Source: Clostridiaceae bacterium (GTDB lineage: Bacteria; Bacillota; Clostridia; CAYPLH01; DUMO01). Taken from it: DNA of 20,000 bases. This document shows positions 1 to 7,833 of this stretch, piece by piece. Numbering within the stretch: position 1 is the stretch's first letter; every line of letters starts with the position of its first letter. The notes under the pieces are model-generated. The model did not search any database. It was given only the letters and a program-made list of their open reading frames with translations, and had not been told where the DNA came from. The stretch lies in the NCBI GenBank assembly GCA_012839865.1, contig DUMO01000045.1:44355-64354 (forward strand), in the 5' to 3' direction. The position numbers were made by a program, and so were the translations under genes.

Positions 1-1
1 C

Positions 2-682
2 TCGGATAATTATGCACGGATAATCCTTTACACAGATACAGACAAGGAAGGCCCGGAGGCCTTTGATACTGTACAGGCCGTTTTGAATACTGCATCGGAG
101 CATTATGACACATATTACCTTGCAGGAGAAAGTGCAACGCTTTACGATATGAAAAACGTTGTTTCAGTTGACAACAGACGTATTAACCTCATTGCAATAG
201 CAGGAATACTGCTTACACTTCTTGTTACGTTTCGTTCCCTGGTCCTGCCCCTGTTTTTACTGTTTACGATTGAAACAGCCATCTGGATTAACCTTTCAAT
301 TCCGTATTTTATCGGAAAGCCCTTGAGTTTTGTGGGATTTTTGATTATCAGTACAGTGCAGTTGGGGGCAACAGTGGACTATGCCATTTTGATTACAAAT
401 ACCTATTTGCGAAACAGGATGGCTCTTCCTAGAAAAGAAGCCATGTCAGAGACCCTGGGCAACAATCTGATATCGGTACTTATATCCGCCGGGATTCTCT
501 CAACTGCAGGATTTGCTCTTGCATATACATCCAGCAACCCTGTTATATCAGACCTTGGTTTGCTCCTTGGCCGGGGAACGCTGTTGTCCCTTGCCATGGT
601 AGTCTTTGTCCTTCCGGCATTACTTGTGCTGTTTGACGGAGTAATCCAAAAAACTACCTTTAAAAATAATGTGAGCAATTAA
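2..682 (+). CDS. MMPL/RND-family transporter, C-terminal part (5' end lies outside the window)
   Basis: Frame is open from position 2. It encodes several hydrophobic TM segments and the MMPL signature 'QLGATVDYAILIT', followed by 'SAGILSTAGFAL' and 'LGLLLGRGTLLS'. Confidence 0.9.
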   Translation, partial: SDNYARIILYTDTDKEGPEAFDTVQAVLNTASEHYDTYYLAGESATLYDMKNVVSVDNRRINLIAIAGILLTLLVTFRSLVLPLFLLFTIETAIWINLSIPYFIGKPLSFVGFLIISTVQLGATVDYAILITNTYLRNRMALPRKEAMSETLGNNLISVLISAGILSTAGFALAYTSSNPVISDLGLLLGRGTLLSLAMVVFVLPALLVLFDGVIQKTTFKNNVSN

Positions 683-701
683 TTATAGGAGTGTGGTTAA
701 A

Positions 702-2285
702 ATGAAAAAGTTTCTATCGGTTGCTTTAACAGCCATATTATTATTTGGATTATTCAATACTGCTTATTCGACAGGCAGCCTTCAACCTCAGGACAATCCT
801 GCCAATCCTCCCGAAGATGCCTTCCCTTCTCAAAAAGAGGAAGTCGTATATGGCATACTTAATCTGGACGGCAGCGTAGACAGCATTTATGTGGTCAATA
901 TATTCAATGGCGGCAACATTATCGATTATGGCAATTATTCTGAGGTGCGGAACCTGACAACTGCTGAAAAGATAAATGTTGAGGGGGATAAAATATCAAT
1001 AAGCACGGAAGCTGACAAGTTTTACTATCAGGGGACTCTTGAAAAAAAGGAATTGCCCTGGGACATTTCCATTAAATATTTCCTTGACGAAAAGGAAATA
1101 CCCGGAACTGAGGTTGCAGGAAAAAGCGGGCGGTTGAAAATAGCTATTTCAATCAATCCCAACATTAATGTCAACAGCATTTTTTTCAACAATTATGCCC
1201 TGCAAGTTGCAGTCACCCTTGACAGCAGGCTCTGTTCCAATATAGAACCTGGTAATGCCACCGTTGCGGAGGCAGGAGGGAAAAAGCAACTCACCTATAC
1301 ATGCCTTCCCGGCAACAGTGTTGATATCATCCTGGCAGCAGACATCCATGACTTCGAAATGGAACCGGTAAGCATCAATGGCATCAAGCTTTCCATGGAT
1401 ATACCCGTTGACAGTGATGAGCTTTCAGTGGAAATTTCAAAACTCACCGATGCCATAGGAGCTCTTGATGATGGTGCCGGAGAATTGCTGGGGGGCCTTA
1501 ACCGGTATTCAGAGGGTATGCAAAAATATGTTGACGGCTTGAAGGCTTTCAGGGAGGGACTTGGCCAATTGTCCGACGGTGCCGGTAAGCTTAATGAAGG
1601 AGCCACTGCCCTGGAAAAAGGCTTATCCATGCTGACAGAACAAAACAGTGCCCTGGTTAGCGGTGCGTTGGCCATACAGCAAGCCACTTTTGATTCCATC
1701 AACAAGGCACTGGGCAGCCTGGGTTTGGAGCTTCCCCCATTGACCCCGGAAAATTACAGTGAGATTCTGGATAAGATACCACACCTGGCAGCTGTTAAAA
1801 ATCAGCTTGACGGTGTCGTTCAATTTGCACAGGGATTGAAAAGTTACACGGAAGGTGTTGCACAGCTTAGAAATGGAGCTTCGGAGTTGGCAAAAGGAAC
1901 AGCTGAATTCAGCTCTTCCTCTTCTGTAATTATCTATTCGGCAAATGAATTGTATAATGCCGGAGCACAATTGAATATGGCTGCAAAAGAGCTGCAAAAA
2001 GGACTTGATGAATACAAGAAGGGTACAAAGGAACTGAGGGACGGAACAAGCAATATGAGTGAAGAGATAAGCAGCAAGATCAGCGAACTTGTAGGAAGAA
2101 TTACCGGCGGCCAAAGCAAAGCAGTGTCCTTTGTATCGGAAAAAAACACAAATGTCACGGCTGTACAGTTTGTCCTGAAAACAGGCTCCATAAAAGTGCC
2201 TGAAGCCCCAAAATCAGCTGCCGGCGAAACCATGGAGCTGACCCTTTGGCAAAAACTGCTGAAATTATTCAGCTTTGATTCATAA
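702..2285 (+). CDS. Secreted YhgE/Pip-like protein with X-X-X-Leu-X-X-Gly heptad repeats, MMPL partner
   Basis: GGAGTG RBS at 688-693 favours ATG 702 over GTG 693. N-terminal signal peptide (MKKFLSVALTAILLFGLFNTAYS), 'KEEVVYGILNLDGSV' N-terminal motif, and heptads such as 'LDDGAGELLGGL' and 'LSDGAGKLNEGATALEKGL'. Confidence 0.8.
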   Translation: MKKFLSVALTAILLFGLFNTAYSTGSLQPQDNPANPPEDAFPSQKEEVVYGILNLDGSVDSIYVVNIFNGGNIIDYGNYSEVRNLTTAEKINVEGDKISISTEADKFYYQGTLEKKELPWDISIKYFLDEKEIPGTEVAGKSGRLKIAISINPNINVNSIFFNNYALQVAVTLDSRLCSNIEPGNATVAEAGGKKQLTYTCLPGNSVDIILAADIHDFEMEPVSINGIKLSMDIPVDSDELSVEISKLTDAIGALDDGAGELLGGLNRYSEGMQKYVDGLKAFREGLGQLSDGAGKLNEGATALEKGLSMLTEQNSALVSGALAIQQATFDSINKALGSLGLELPPLTPENYSEILDKIPHLAAVKNQLDGVVQFAQGLKSYTEGVAQLRNGASELAKGTAEFSSSSSVIIYSANELYNAGAQLNMAAKELQKGLDEYKKGTKELRDGTSNMSEEISSKISELVGRITGGQSKAVSFVSEKNTNVTAVQFVLKTGSIKVPEAPKSAAGETMELTLWQKLLKLFSFDS

Positions 2286-2468
2286 TACAGGTTTTCTAAT
2301 CATAAACATTATTGCAATATGCTCTAAAATTAAATGTCCAGCAGGTTAATTCTGCCGGGAAACAGTTAAATACGCAATGTGTACAGGCTGCACAACAGCC
2401 TGCATGTTGCTGTCCGGAATAAGTTGGATATGGAATTCCCTCTTCTTTTCATAAACATTGCCTTAAGC

Positions 2469-2501
2469 AAAACAGGTACATTAAAATTATGTACCTGTTT
2501 T
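2469..2501. terminator. Probable bidirectional intrinsic terminator
   Basis: Perfect 13-bp inverted repeat AAAACAGGTACAT / ATGTACCTGTTTT with a 7-nt loop, located between convergent genes. Confidence 0.75.
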
Positions 2502-2527
2502 TGCTCAAATGTTTTTCAATGCCTTCA

Positions 2528-2738
2528 CTATGCTTTTATTTTGAATTGTCTCTCAAGCATAGAGGATACTTTTGGGAAACCATCCGCCAGAATTCGCACT
2601 GCATCATCATCAATATTATAATTTTTCAGCTCTTTTTTAAAATTCTTCATGCAAATACTTCTTCTGAACAACAACATGCAGTATATCGCAGGTAATACAA
2701 ACAGTACAATAGAAAGAAGCTTAAGCAGGATATGGCAT
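2528..2738 (-). pseudogene. Small membrane-anchored protein gene (~68 aa), apparently frameshifted right after its start codon
   Basis: Stop-free frame 2737-2528: (C)HILLKLLSIVLFVLPAIYCMLLFRRSICMKNFKKELKNYNIDDDAVRILADGFPKVSSMLERQFKIKA*. An ATG at 2738 lies 6 nt after the upstream stop but is one base out of frame. A terminator hairpin follows the stop. Confidence 0.45.
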
Positions 2739-2744
2739 TATCTA

Positions 2745-3491
2745 TCAATTAACCGTTTGAAATTTAAATATTGTAACCTTCCTTTTGCCATGGGAGAAGT
2801 AGTCCATCCTTTTATACAAGCCGGATTTAACCTTCTGCTTCTTGTCAGACACTACTGCAACTATGGAATGCGAAGGAATAGCGTGGTATAAGCTTTCCAG
2901 GAAAAGTTCCGCATGGTTGGAACCTGAACTTTCATCAGACCAATTCGTGATTCTTCCATATGGTATATCAGTAATTACAACATCAACCGTATCAAGCCTT
3001 CCGGCTTGTTCACCAAGGTTCAAGGCATTGGCACAAAAACAATCCAACTCCATATCCCCCTTTCTGGATTCAACCGTTCTCGTAAGCCTTATGGCACTGT
3101 CCAAAGCGTTCTTGTGAGATTCTTTCTTGTATTCCTTCAGCAACTTCTCAATTTGTTCAATTCTCTGTTTAATACCTTGAGCATTTAAAAGGTTCAGGTT
3201 GCGCATTGCCAGGCAAACCATCTGATTATCAATATCCGATGCGACAATTCTTTTAATATCCCGGCCATGCAAAAATCCTAATACTGTAAGAAGATAACCT
3301 CCCCCGCAAAAAGGGTCGTACAATGTATAAGGCCCGTTAACACCACTACTTGCCAGTGCAGCCTTGCATCTTTCAAAAATTTCACTTCCGAGTCTTGCCG
3401 GAAAAGGGGCGGTTCCAGGCATGTTATACAATACCCGCCCGCTTGCATAATCTTCATAATTCAACTGTTGGGTTGCATAGATGTAATGCAT
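2745..3491 (-). CDS. AviRa-like 23S rRNA methyltransferase (orthosomycin-resistance family)
   Basis: 'YEDYASGRVLYNMPGTAPFPARLGSEIF', SAM-binding 'LYDPFCGGGYLLTVLG', 'ASDID' and 'ITDIPYG' mirror Streptomyces AviRa as I recall it. AAGGAG RBS present. Confidence 0.8.
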   Translation of the reverse strand: MHYIYATQQLNYEDYASGRVLYNMPGTAPFPARLGSEIFERCKAALASSGVNGPYTLYDPFCGGGYLLTVLGFLHGRDIKRIVASDIDNQMVCLAMRNLNLLNAQGIKQRIEQIEKLLKEYKKESHKNALDSAIRLTRTVESRKGDMELDCFCANALNLGEQAGRLDTVDVVITDIPYGRITNWSDESSGSNHAELFLESLYHAIPSHSIVAVVSDKKQKVKSGLYKRMDYFSHGKRKVTIFKFQTVN

Positions 3492-3540
3492 CAGGCTATC
3501 TCCTTTTTATTCCAGTGCAATAAGATACTTTCTGTTAATT

Positions 3541-3569
3541 ATTATACATAAGCTGTTTATTATGCACAA
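3541..3569 (-). promoter_or_regulatory. Putative sigma-A promoter of the AviRa-like gene
   Basis: TTGTGC-17 bp-TATAAT on the minus strand, about 50 bp upstream of the ATG. Confidence 0.55.
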
Positions 3570-3657
3570 TAAGTCTAAAAGTTGCTTTAATACTCACGTT
3601 TATAATCGTCCCGGGGCCAAATTCCCATGTTAATACTCACTTGCAAAATATTACTCA

Positions 3658-3685
3658 TTGAAAATATTATGTAAACTAATATAAT
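3658..3685 (+). promoter_or_regulatory. Putative sigma-A promoter of the 149-aa gene
   Basis: TTGAAA-16 bp-TATAAT, upstream of a GAGGAG RBS. Confidence 0.45.
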
Positions 3686-3719
3686 ATTCTCGAATACTTT
3701 TGCTGAAAGAGGAGATTCT

Positions 3720-4169
3720 ATGAGAAAAATAATAATAACCGGAGTAATCATACTGGCTTTATTGTTGGGAAGCATACAAGTTTTTGCAGCATCTGTGTTA
3801 GACTCGGATATAATAAGCTTGATCCGGACATCCATCACTTCAATTGCCGATTACTATAATTCCATTTTAAGCGGCGAAACAGAAAATCTCAATGAACAAT
3901 ATAAAACCAAAATCAGTCAATATATAGACAGCGTAGCTGATTTGATTAAAAACAAAATTGAAGAGCACAGGAATAATGAGCTTGAACGGGCAAACCAGGA
4001 GCTGAACAGCTATTTTGAAAACATGACGGATGAGGCTGACGGTATAATAAATGCTGAACTGGAAAATGCCAAGGCAGAACTAACTCAGAGTATAGATAAA
4101 GATATCGAGAAAATTAAAAAGGACATGGCAAAGGAAATCGAAAAGCAGATCAAGGAAAAGTTAAAGTAA
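3720..4169 (+). CDS. Secreted all-helical/coiled-coil hypothetical protein
   Basis: GAGGAG RBS. Signal peptide ending VFA-A. Mature region is E/K/N/I/L-rich with amphipathic spacing and has no Cys, Trp or Pro. Confidence 0.75.
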   Translation: MRKIIITGVIILALLLGSIQVFAASVLDSDIISLIRTSITSIADYYNSILSGETENLNEQYKTKISQYIDSVADLIKNKIEEHRNNELERANQELNSYFENMTDEADGIINAELENAKAELTQSIDKDIEKIKKDMAKEIEKQIKEKLK

Positions 4170-4362
4170 ATGTAAGCTATATGCTGCTTTAAATTTAATG
4201 AAAACACTCTAAAAGGGTGTTAGCCGTTATCTGTAAGCTAATGTTTAATCTATGCAATGGTCCGTATACAAAATCACCTCTGATTAATAGACAACATATA
4301 ATATTATGCAGACTTTTCAAGTATACCTTAATGTTATCCGGCTTTGTACCTGCCGTTTAATT

Positions 4363-5211
4363 TCAATCATTCTGCTCTTCCACCATTTCCTCAAACATTT
4401 TAGCCACAGGGTCAAGCCAGTTTCCGTCAAAGAGTTCGATCATTCCCTTGTCACAGGCGGCTGACAACTTAGGATCAATGGGTATTCTTCCAAGAACCTT
4501 TAAATTATGCTTTTCTGCAATTTCTTCTATATGGCTGTCGCCGAATATCTTATACTCCTTGCCATTGTCGGGGCATTTGAAATAAGACATGTTTTCCACA
4601 AGTCCGATAATGGGAATATTCATCATTTCAGCCATCTTCACCGCTTTGGATACTATCATGGACACCAGTTCCTGGGGAGAGGTGACAACTATGATTCCAT
4701 CAACCGCTATGGATTGAAATACGGTAAGAGGAACATCACCTGTACCGGGCGGCATGTCGATGAACATGAAATCCACATCACACCAGACTACATCGGTCCA
4801 GAATTGCTTGATTAGACCTGCAATCATCGGTCCTCTCCAGACCACCGGGTCAGTATCCTTTTCCAGAAGCAGATTAATTGACATGACTTCTATACCGGTT
4901 TTAGTTTTTACAGGCAGCAAACCAAATTCACTTCCGGCAGCTTTTCCTTTTAAACCAAAGGCTTTGGGAATAGAGGGTCCCGTAACATCCGCATCAAGAA
5001 TTGCAGTGCGATACCCCAACCTGTTCATGGTTACCGCAAGCATTGAAGTAACCATTGACTTGCCCACTCCACCTTTTCCGCTGACAATGCCAATGACCTT
5101 CTTTACACTGCTCATCTTATTGAGTTCCTCGGAAAAATCAGTTTTTTGCGTTTCCCTTTCAGCGCAGTTTTCCGAGCAATTGCTGCAACTTTTATTACAT
5201 TTTTCACTCAT
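4363..5211 (-). CDS. mrp: Mrp/NBP35 (ApbC) Fe-S cluster carrier P-loop ATPase
   Basis: Deviant Walker A 'GKGGVGKS', plus 'DADVTGPS', 'VVWRGPM', 'DMPPGTGD' and 'ENMSYFKCP'. N-terminal CxxxCxxCxxxC. AAGGAG RBS supports ATG 5211 rather than 5304. Confidence 0.92.
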   Translation of the reverse strand: MSEKCNKSCSNCSENCAERETQKTDFSEELNKMSSVKKVIGIVSGKGGVGKSMVTSMLAVTMNRLGYRTAILDADVTGPSIPKAFGLKGKAAGSEFGLLPVKTKTGIEVMSINLLLEKDTDPVVWRGPMIAGLIKQFWTDVVWCDVDFMFIDMPPGTGDVPLTVFQSIAVDGIIVVTSPQELVSMIVSKAVKMAEMMNIPIIGLVENMSYFKCPDNGKEYKIFGDSHIEEIAEKHNLKVLGRIPIDPKLSAACDKGMIELFDGNWLDPVAKMFEEMVEEQND

Positions 5212-5351
5212 ATTTATTTCTCCTTTTATATACCGCACCGTTTTGTTACGGCAGCGGCAAATAGTACTTTGATGACAACAATTATCTATCGAATGTGGAA
5301 TCATTAATAAATCCGCATTACCCTATTTAAAATATACCCACACCGGAAGCA

Positions 5352-5380
5352 ATTATAAGCAACTAATTTTCATGTGTCAA
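5352..5380 (-). promoter_or_regulatory. Consensus sigma-A promoter of mrp
   Basis: Perfect TTGACA-17 bp-TATAAT on the minus strand. Confidence 0.8.
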
Positions 5381-5409
5381 TAACTACTGTCTGAAATACT
5401 ATTTTTTTA

Positions 5410-5438
5410 TTGTAATATTTCTCCTGTTAATGTAAAAT
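5410..5438 (+). promoter_or_regulatory. Putative sigma-A promoter of the GH130 gene
   Basis: TTGTAA-17 bp-TAAAAT, 22 bp upstream of the GGAGGG RBS. Confidence 0.55.
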
Positions 5439-5472
5439 AATTTTGAATATTTTCGTCTACGGAGGGTTATAT

Positions 5473-6465
5473 ATGGGAAAATCATCGACTATAATCGGCG
5501 GTGCACTGCCAAATATCCCCTGGGAGGATAAACCGGCAGGCTGCAGGGAAGTTATATGGCGTTCCGAGAAAAATCCAATTATATTAAGAGATGCCATTCC
5601 TTCATCAAACAGCATTTTCAACAGTGCTGTTGTACCATATAAAGGAAAGTATGCAGGTGTATTCCGCTGTGATAATAAAAGCAGGCTCCAGCAAATTCAT
5701 GCAGGTTTCAGCGAAGACGGCATTACCTGGAAAATCAATGACGAACGGATTTCATTCATATGTGATGATGCTGAAGTCGGCCGTTTTGAATATGCATATG
5801 ATCCCAGGGTATGCTGGATTGAGGACAGATATTACGTCACCTGGTGCAATGGATATCATAGCTATCCGACAATCGGCATGGCCTATACATATGACTTTGA
5901 AAAGTTTTATCAGATGGAAAACGCATTTCTCCCCTTCAATAGAAACGGAGTATTGTTCCCAAGGAAAATCAAAGGAAAGTATGCGATGCTGAGCCGGCCA
6001 AGTGACAACGGTCATACTCCTTTTGGTGATATATACTACAGTGAAAGCCCGGATCTTATACACTGGGGGCGCCACAGACATGTAATGTCTCCCCTGGAGC
6101 CCTGGGAAAGGACTAAAATAGGCGCAGGCCCAATACCTATCGAAACTACAGAAGGATGGCTGTTGTTCTACCACGGTGTACTCACATCATGTAATGGATT
6201 TGTATACAGTTTCGGCGCAGCATTGCTGGATATTGATGAACCCTGGAAGGTATTGTACAGGACCAGGCCTTATCTTCTTTCTCCGCAAAAACTTTATGAA
6301 TGTGTAGGCGACGTTCCAAATGTTGTGTTCCCCTGCGCAGCCCTGCATGATGCTCCGACAGGGAGGATTGCAATATATTACGGAGGAGCGGATACGGTAA
6401 TCTGCCTTGCCTATACCCGGGTGGATGAACTGATTGAATTTATTAAAGCAAATTCATCAGTGTGA
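5473..6465 (+). CDS. GH130 beta-1,4-mannooligosaccharide phosphorylase (RaMP2-like)
   Basis: '[10 protein letters not shown]', '[11 protein letters not shown]', catalytic 'YDPRV', '[11 protein letters not shown]', '[13 protein letters not shown]', 'KIGAGP' and '[11 protein letters not shown]'. GGAGGG RBS before ATG 5473. Confidence 0.92.
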   Translation: MGKSSTIIGGALPNIPWEDKPAGCREVIWRSEKNPIILRDAIPSSNSIFNSAVVPYKGKYAGVFRCDNKSRLQQIHAGFSEDGITWKINDERISFICDDAEVGRFEYAYDPRVCWIEDRYYVTWCNGYHSYPTIGMAYTYDFEKFYQMENAFLPFNRNGVLFPRKIKGKYAMLSRPSDNGHTPFGDIYYSESPDLIHWGRHRHVMSPLEPWERTKIGAGPIPIETTEGWLLFYHGVLTSCNGFVYSFGAALLDIDEPWKVLYRTRPYLLSPQKLYECVGDVPNVVFPCAALHDAPTGRIAIYYGGADTVICLAYTRVDELIEFIKANSSV

Positions 6466-6530
6466 AATAGTACTGGATACCAACCTCAGGCTCCTGTGAC
6501 AAGAAATATTTTATGAAGATATTGAAAGTA

Positions 6531-6558
6531 AAACGGGGGATTTTCAAATCCCCCGTTT
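6531..6558. terminator. Bidirectional intrinsic terminator between the GH130 gene and purC
   Basis: Perfect 12-bp stem AAACGGGGGATT-TTCA-AATCCCCCGTTT with A/T tracts on both sides. Confidence 0.85.
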
Positions 6559-6616
6559 AATGTGTTTTTTTAGTTCAACATCATTGCCTTGCCAGGCGAT
6601 AAGGTTAACATCCTGG

Positions 6617-7300
6617 TTAGCCCAGTATTATCTTTTCCAGTTCCAAAGGCTCGATAAATTCACCATTTCGAAAGACACGCATGTTTCCTCCTGAAATTTC
6701 ATCTATCAGGGCGACATGATTGTCTTCACCAACTCTGCCAAACTCAAACTTGATATCATAAAGCTCCAGTCCTTTAGATGCAAGTTCATCTTTTACAATT
6801 TGCCCTATTTTTTTTGTCAAATCCACTAAAACCTTGTATTCTTCCCTGGTCATGATTCCGAGCATGTCAAGGGCATCTTCGGTAATCAAAGGATCATTTC
6901 TTGCATCATCCTTCAATGTTACTTCAACATAGCCGTTCAAGGTCTGGCCTTCTTTGCAGTATGTTCCATAGCGCCTGAAAAAACTTCCGACGGCTCGATA
7001 TCTTATAATGACTTCAACTCCCTTGCCAAAGAGCTTTGCAGGCCTGACAGTCATTGTCTGCTGATCAATATCAGCGCTTATATAGTGGGTAGGGATTCCT
7101 GCCTTGTTTATCTTTTCGAAAAAGTAGCAAGTCAACCTTAAACCGGCTTTTCCCGCTCCTTCAATTGTTAGCCCCACTGTATTGGCTCCCGGATCAAACA
7201 CTCCATCCGTGCCTGTAACGTCATCCTTAAACTTTAATAAGTAATTTCCATCTTCTTTCAAGTAAACATCCTTGGTTTTTCCGGTGTAAATTTTCTTCAT
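6617..7300 (-). CDS. purC: SAICAR synthetase-family protein (short, stand-alone variant)
   Basis: 'YTGKTKDVY', 'LKFKDDVT', '[12 protein letters not shown]', 'YDIKFEFG' and '[12 protein letters not shown]'. Confidence 0.8.
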   Translation of the reverse strand: MKKIYTGKTKDVYLKEDGNYLLKFKDDVTGTDGVFDPGANTVGLTIEGAGKAGLRLTCYFFEKINKAGIPTHYISADIDQQTMTVRPAKLFGKGVEVIIRYRAVGSFFRRYGTYCKEGQTLNGYVEVTLKDDARNDPLITEDALDMLGIMTREEYKVLVDLTKKIGQIVKDELASKGLELYDIKFEFGRVGEDNHVALIDEISGGNMRVFRNGEFIEPLELEKIILG

Positions 7301-7529
7301 ACCTTTTACTCCTTTATGATAAATAGTTATTAATTTAATGATGATTTATACAAATCATGCATAAAACAGACTCTGCCGTTTCATGAATTCCCTGACCGTG
7401 AAAGAGTATCAAGCTTAATCTTCACTCAAAAATTATACTATTATACAATTGTATTGTATATAGTTTTTTTACTGTTTTTAATTATTCTGAATAAACATAT
7501 TGTTGCTTTTCCGGCATCCAGGGAGATTA

Positions 7530-7757
7530 TTATTCATTTGTCGATGCTTCCCTTAGTTTATGCAAAATTTCATGGTACTCCCTGTCGAGGGCTTCCAGAT
7601 CATCCTGCTTTGACGGCGCTGATAATTTTCCAATTATCTCGGAAAGCCTGTTTTGCAAAACAATCTTCTGTGCCTGGGCTTCTGCTTTGCTAATATCCTT
7701 CAGGGTTCTGCTCCTTTGCATATAATCAGAATAATTTCCTGAAAACAGTTTTAATAT
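7530..7757 (-). pseudogene. C-terminal remnant of an ABC-F (VmlR/CplR-like) ATPase
   Basis: 'ILKLFSGNYSDY' resembles the end of the second ABC-F nucleotide-binding domain. 'VLQNRLSEIIGKLS...LEALDREYHEILHKL' resembles the C-terminal extension of Firmicutes ARE ABC-F proteins. No Walker motifs or RBS upstream. Confidence 0.6.
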
Positions 7758-7826
7758 ATGCAGAACAACATCAAATGGCTTTGTTTTGCTACTGGATTTG
7801 CTTCGAAAATATCCCTGTTCTGCATA
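7757..7826. repeat. 11-bp perfect inverted repeat with 48-bp spacer
   Basis: TATGCAGAACA (7757-7767) / TGTTCTGCATA (7816-7826). Confidence 0.7.
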
Positions 7827-7833
7827 CATCTCA

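Noticed and set aside
5212..5304. Longer starts given in the ORF track for mrp (5304), and likewise GH130 (5443), the TIM barrel (8857), cbrA (10913) and hydB (17202)
   Set aside because: In each case a downstream ATG has a clear Shine-Dalgarno sequence and fits the family N-terminus better.
6570..6611. 14-codon minus-strand mini-ORF after purC (MLTLSPGKAMMLN)
   Set aside because: Too short, with no convincing RBS or other support.
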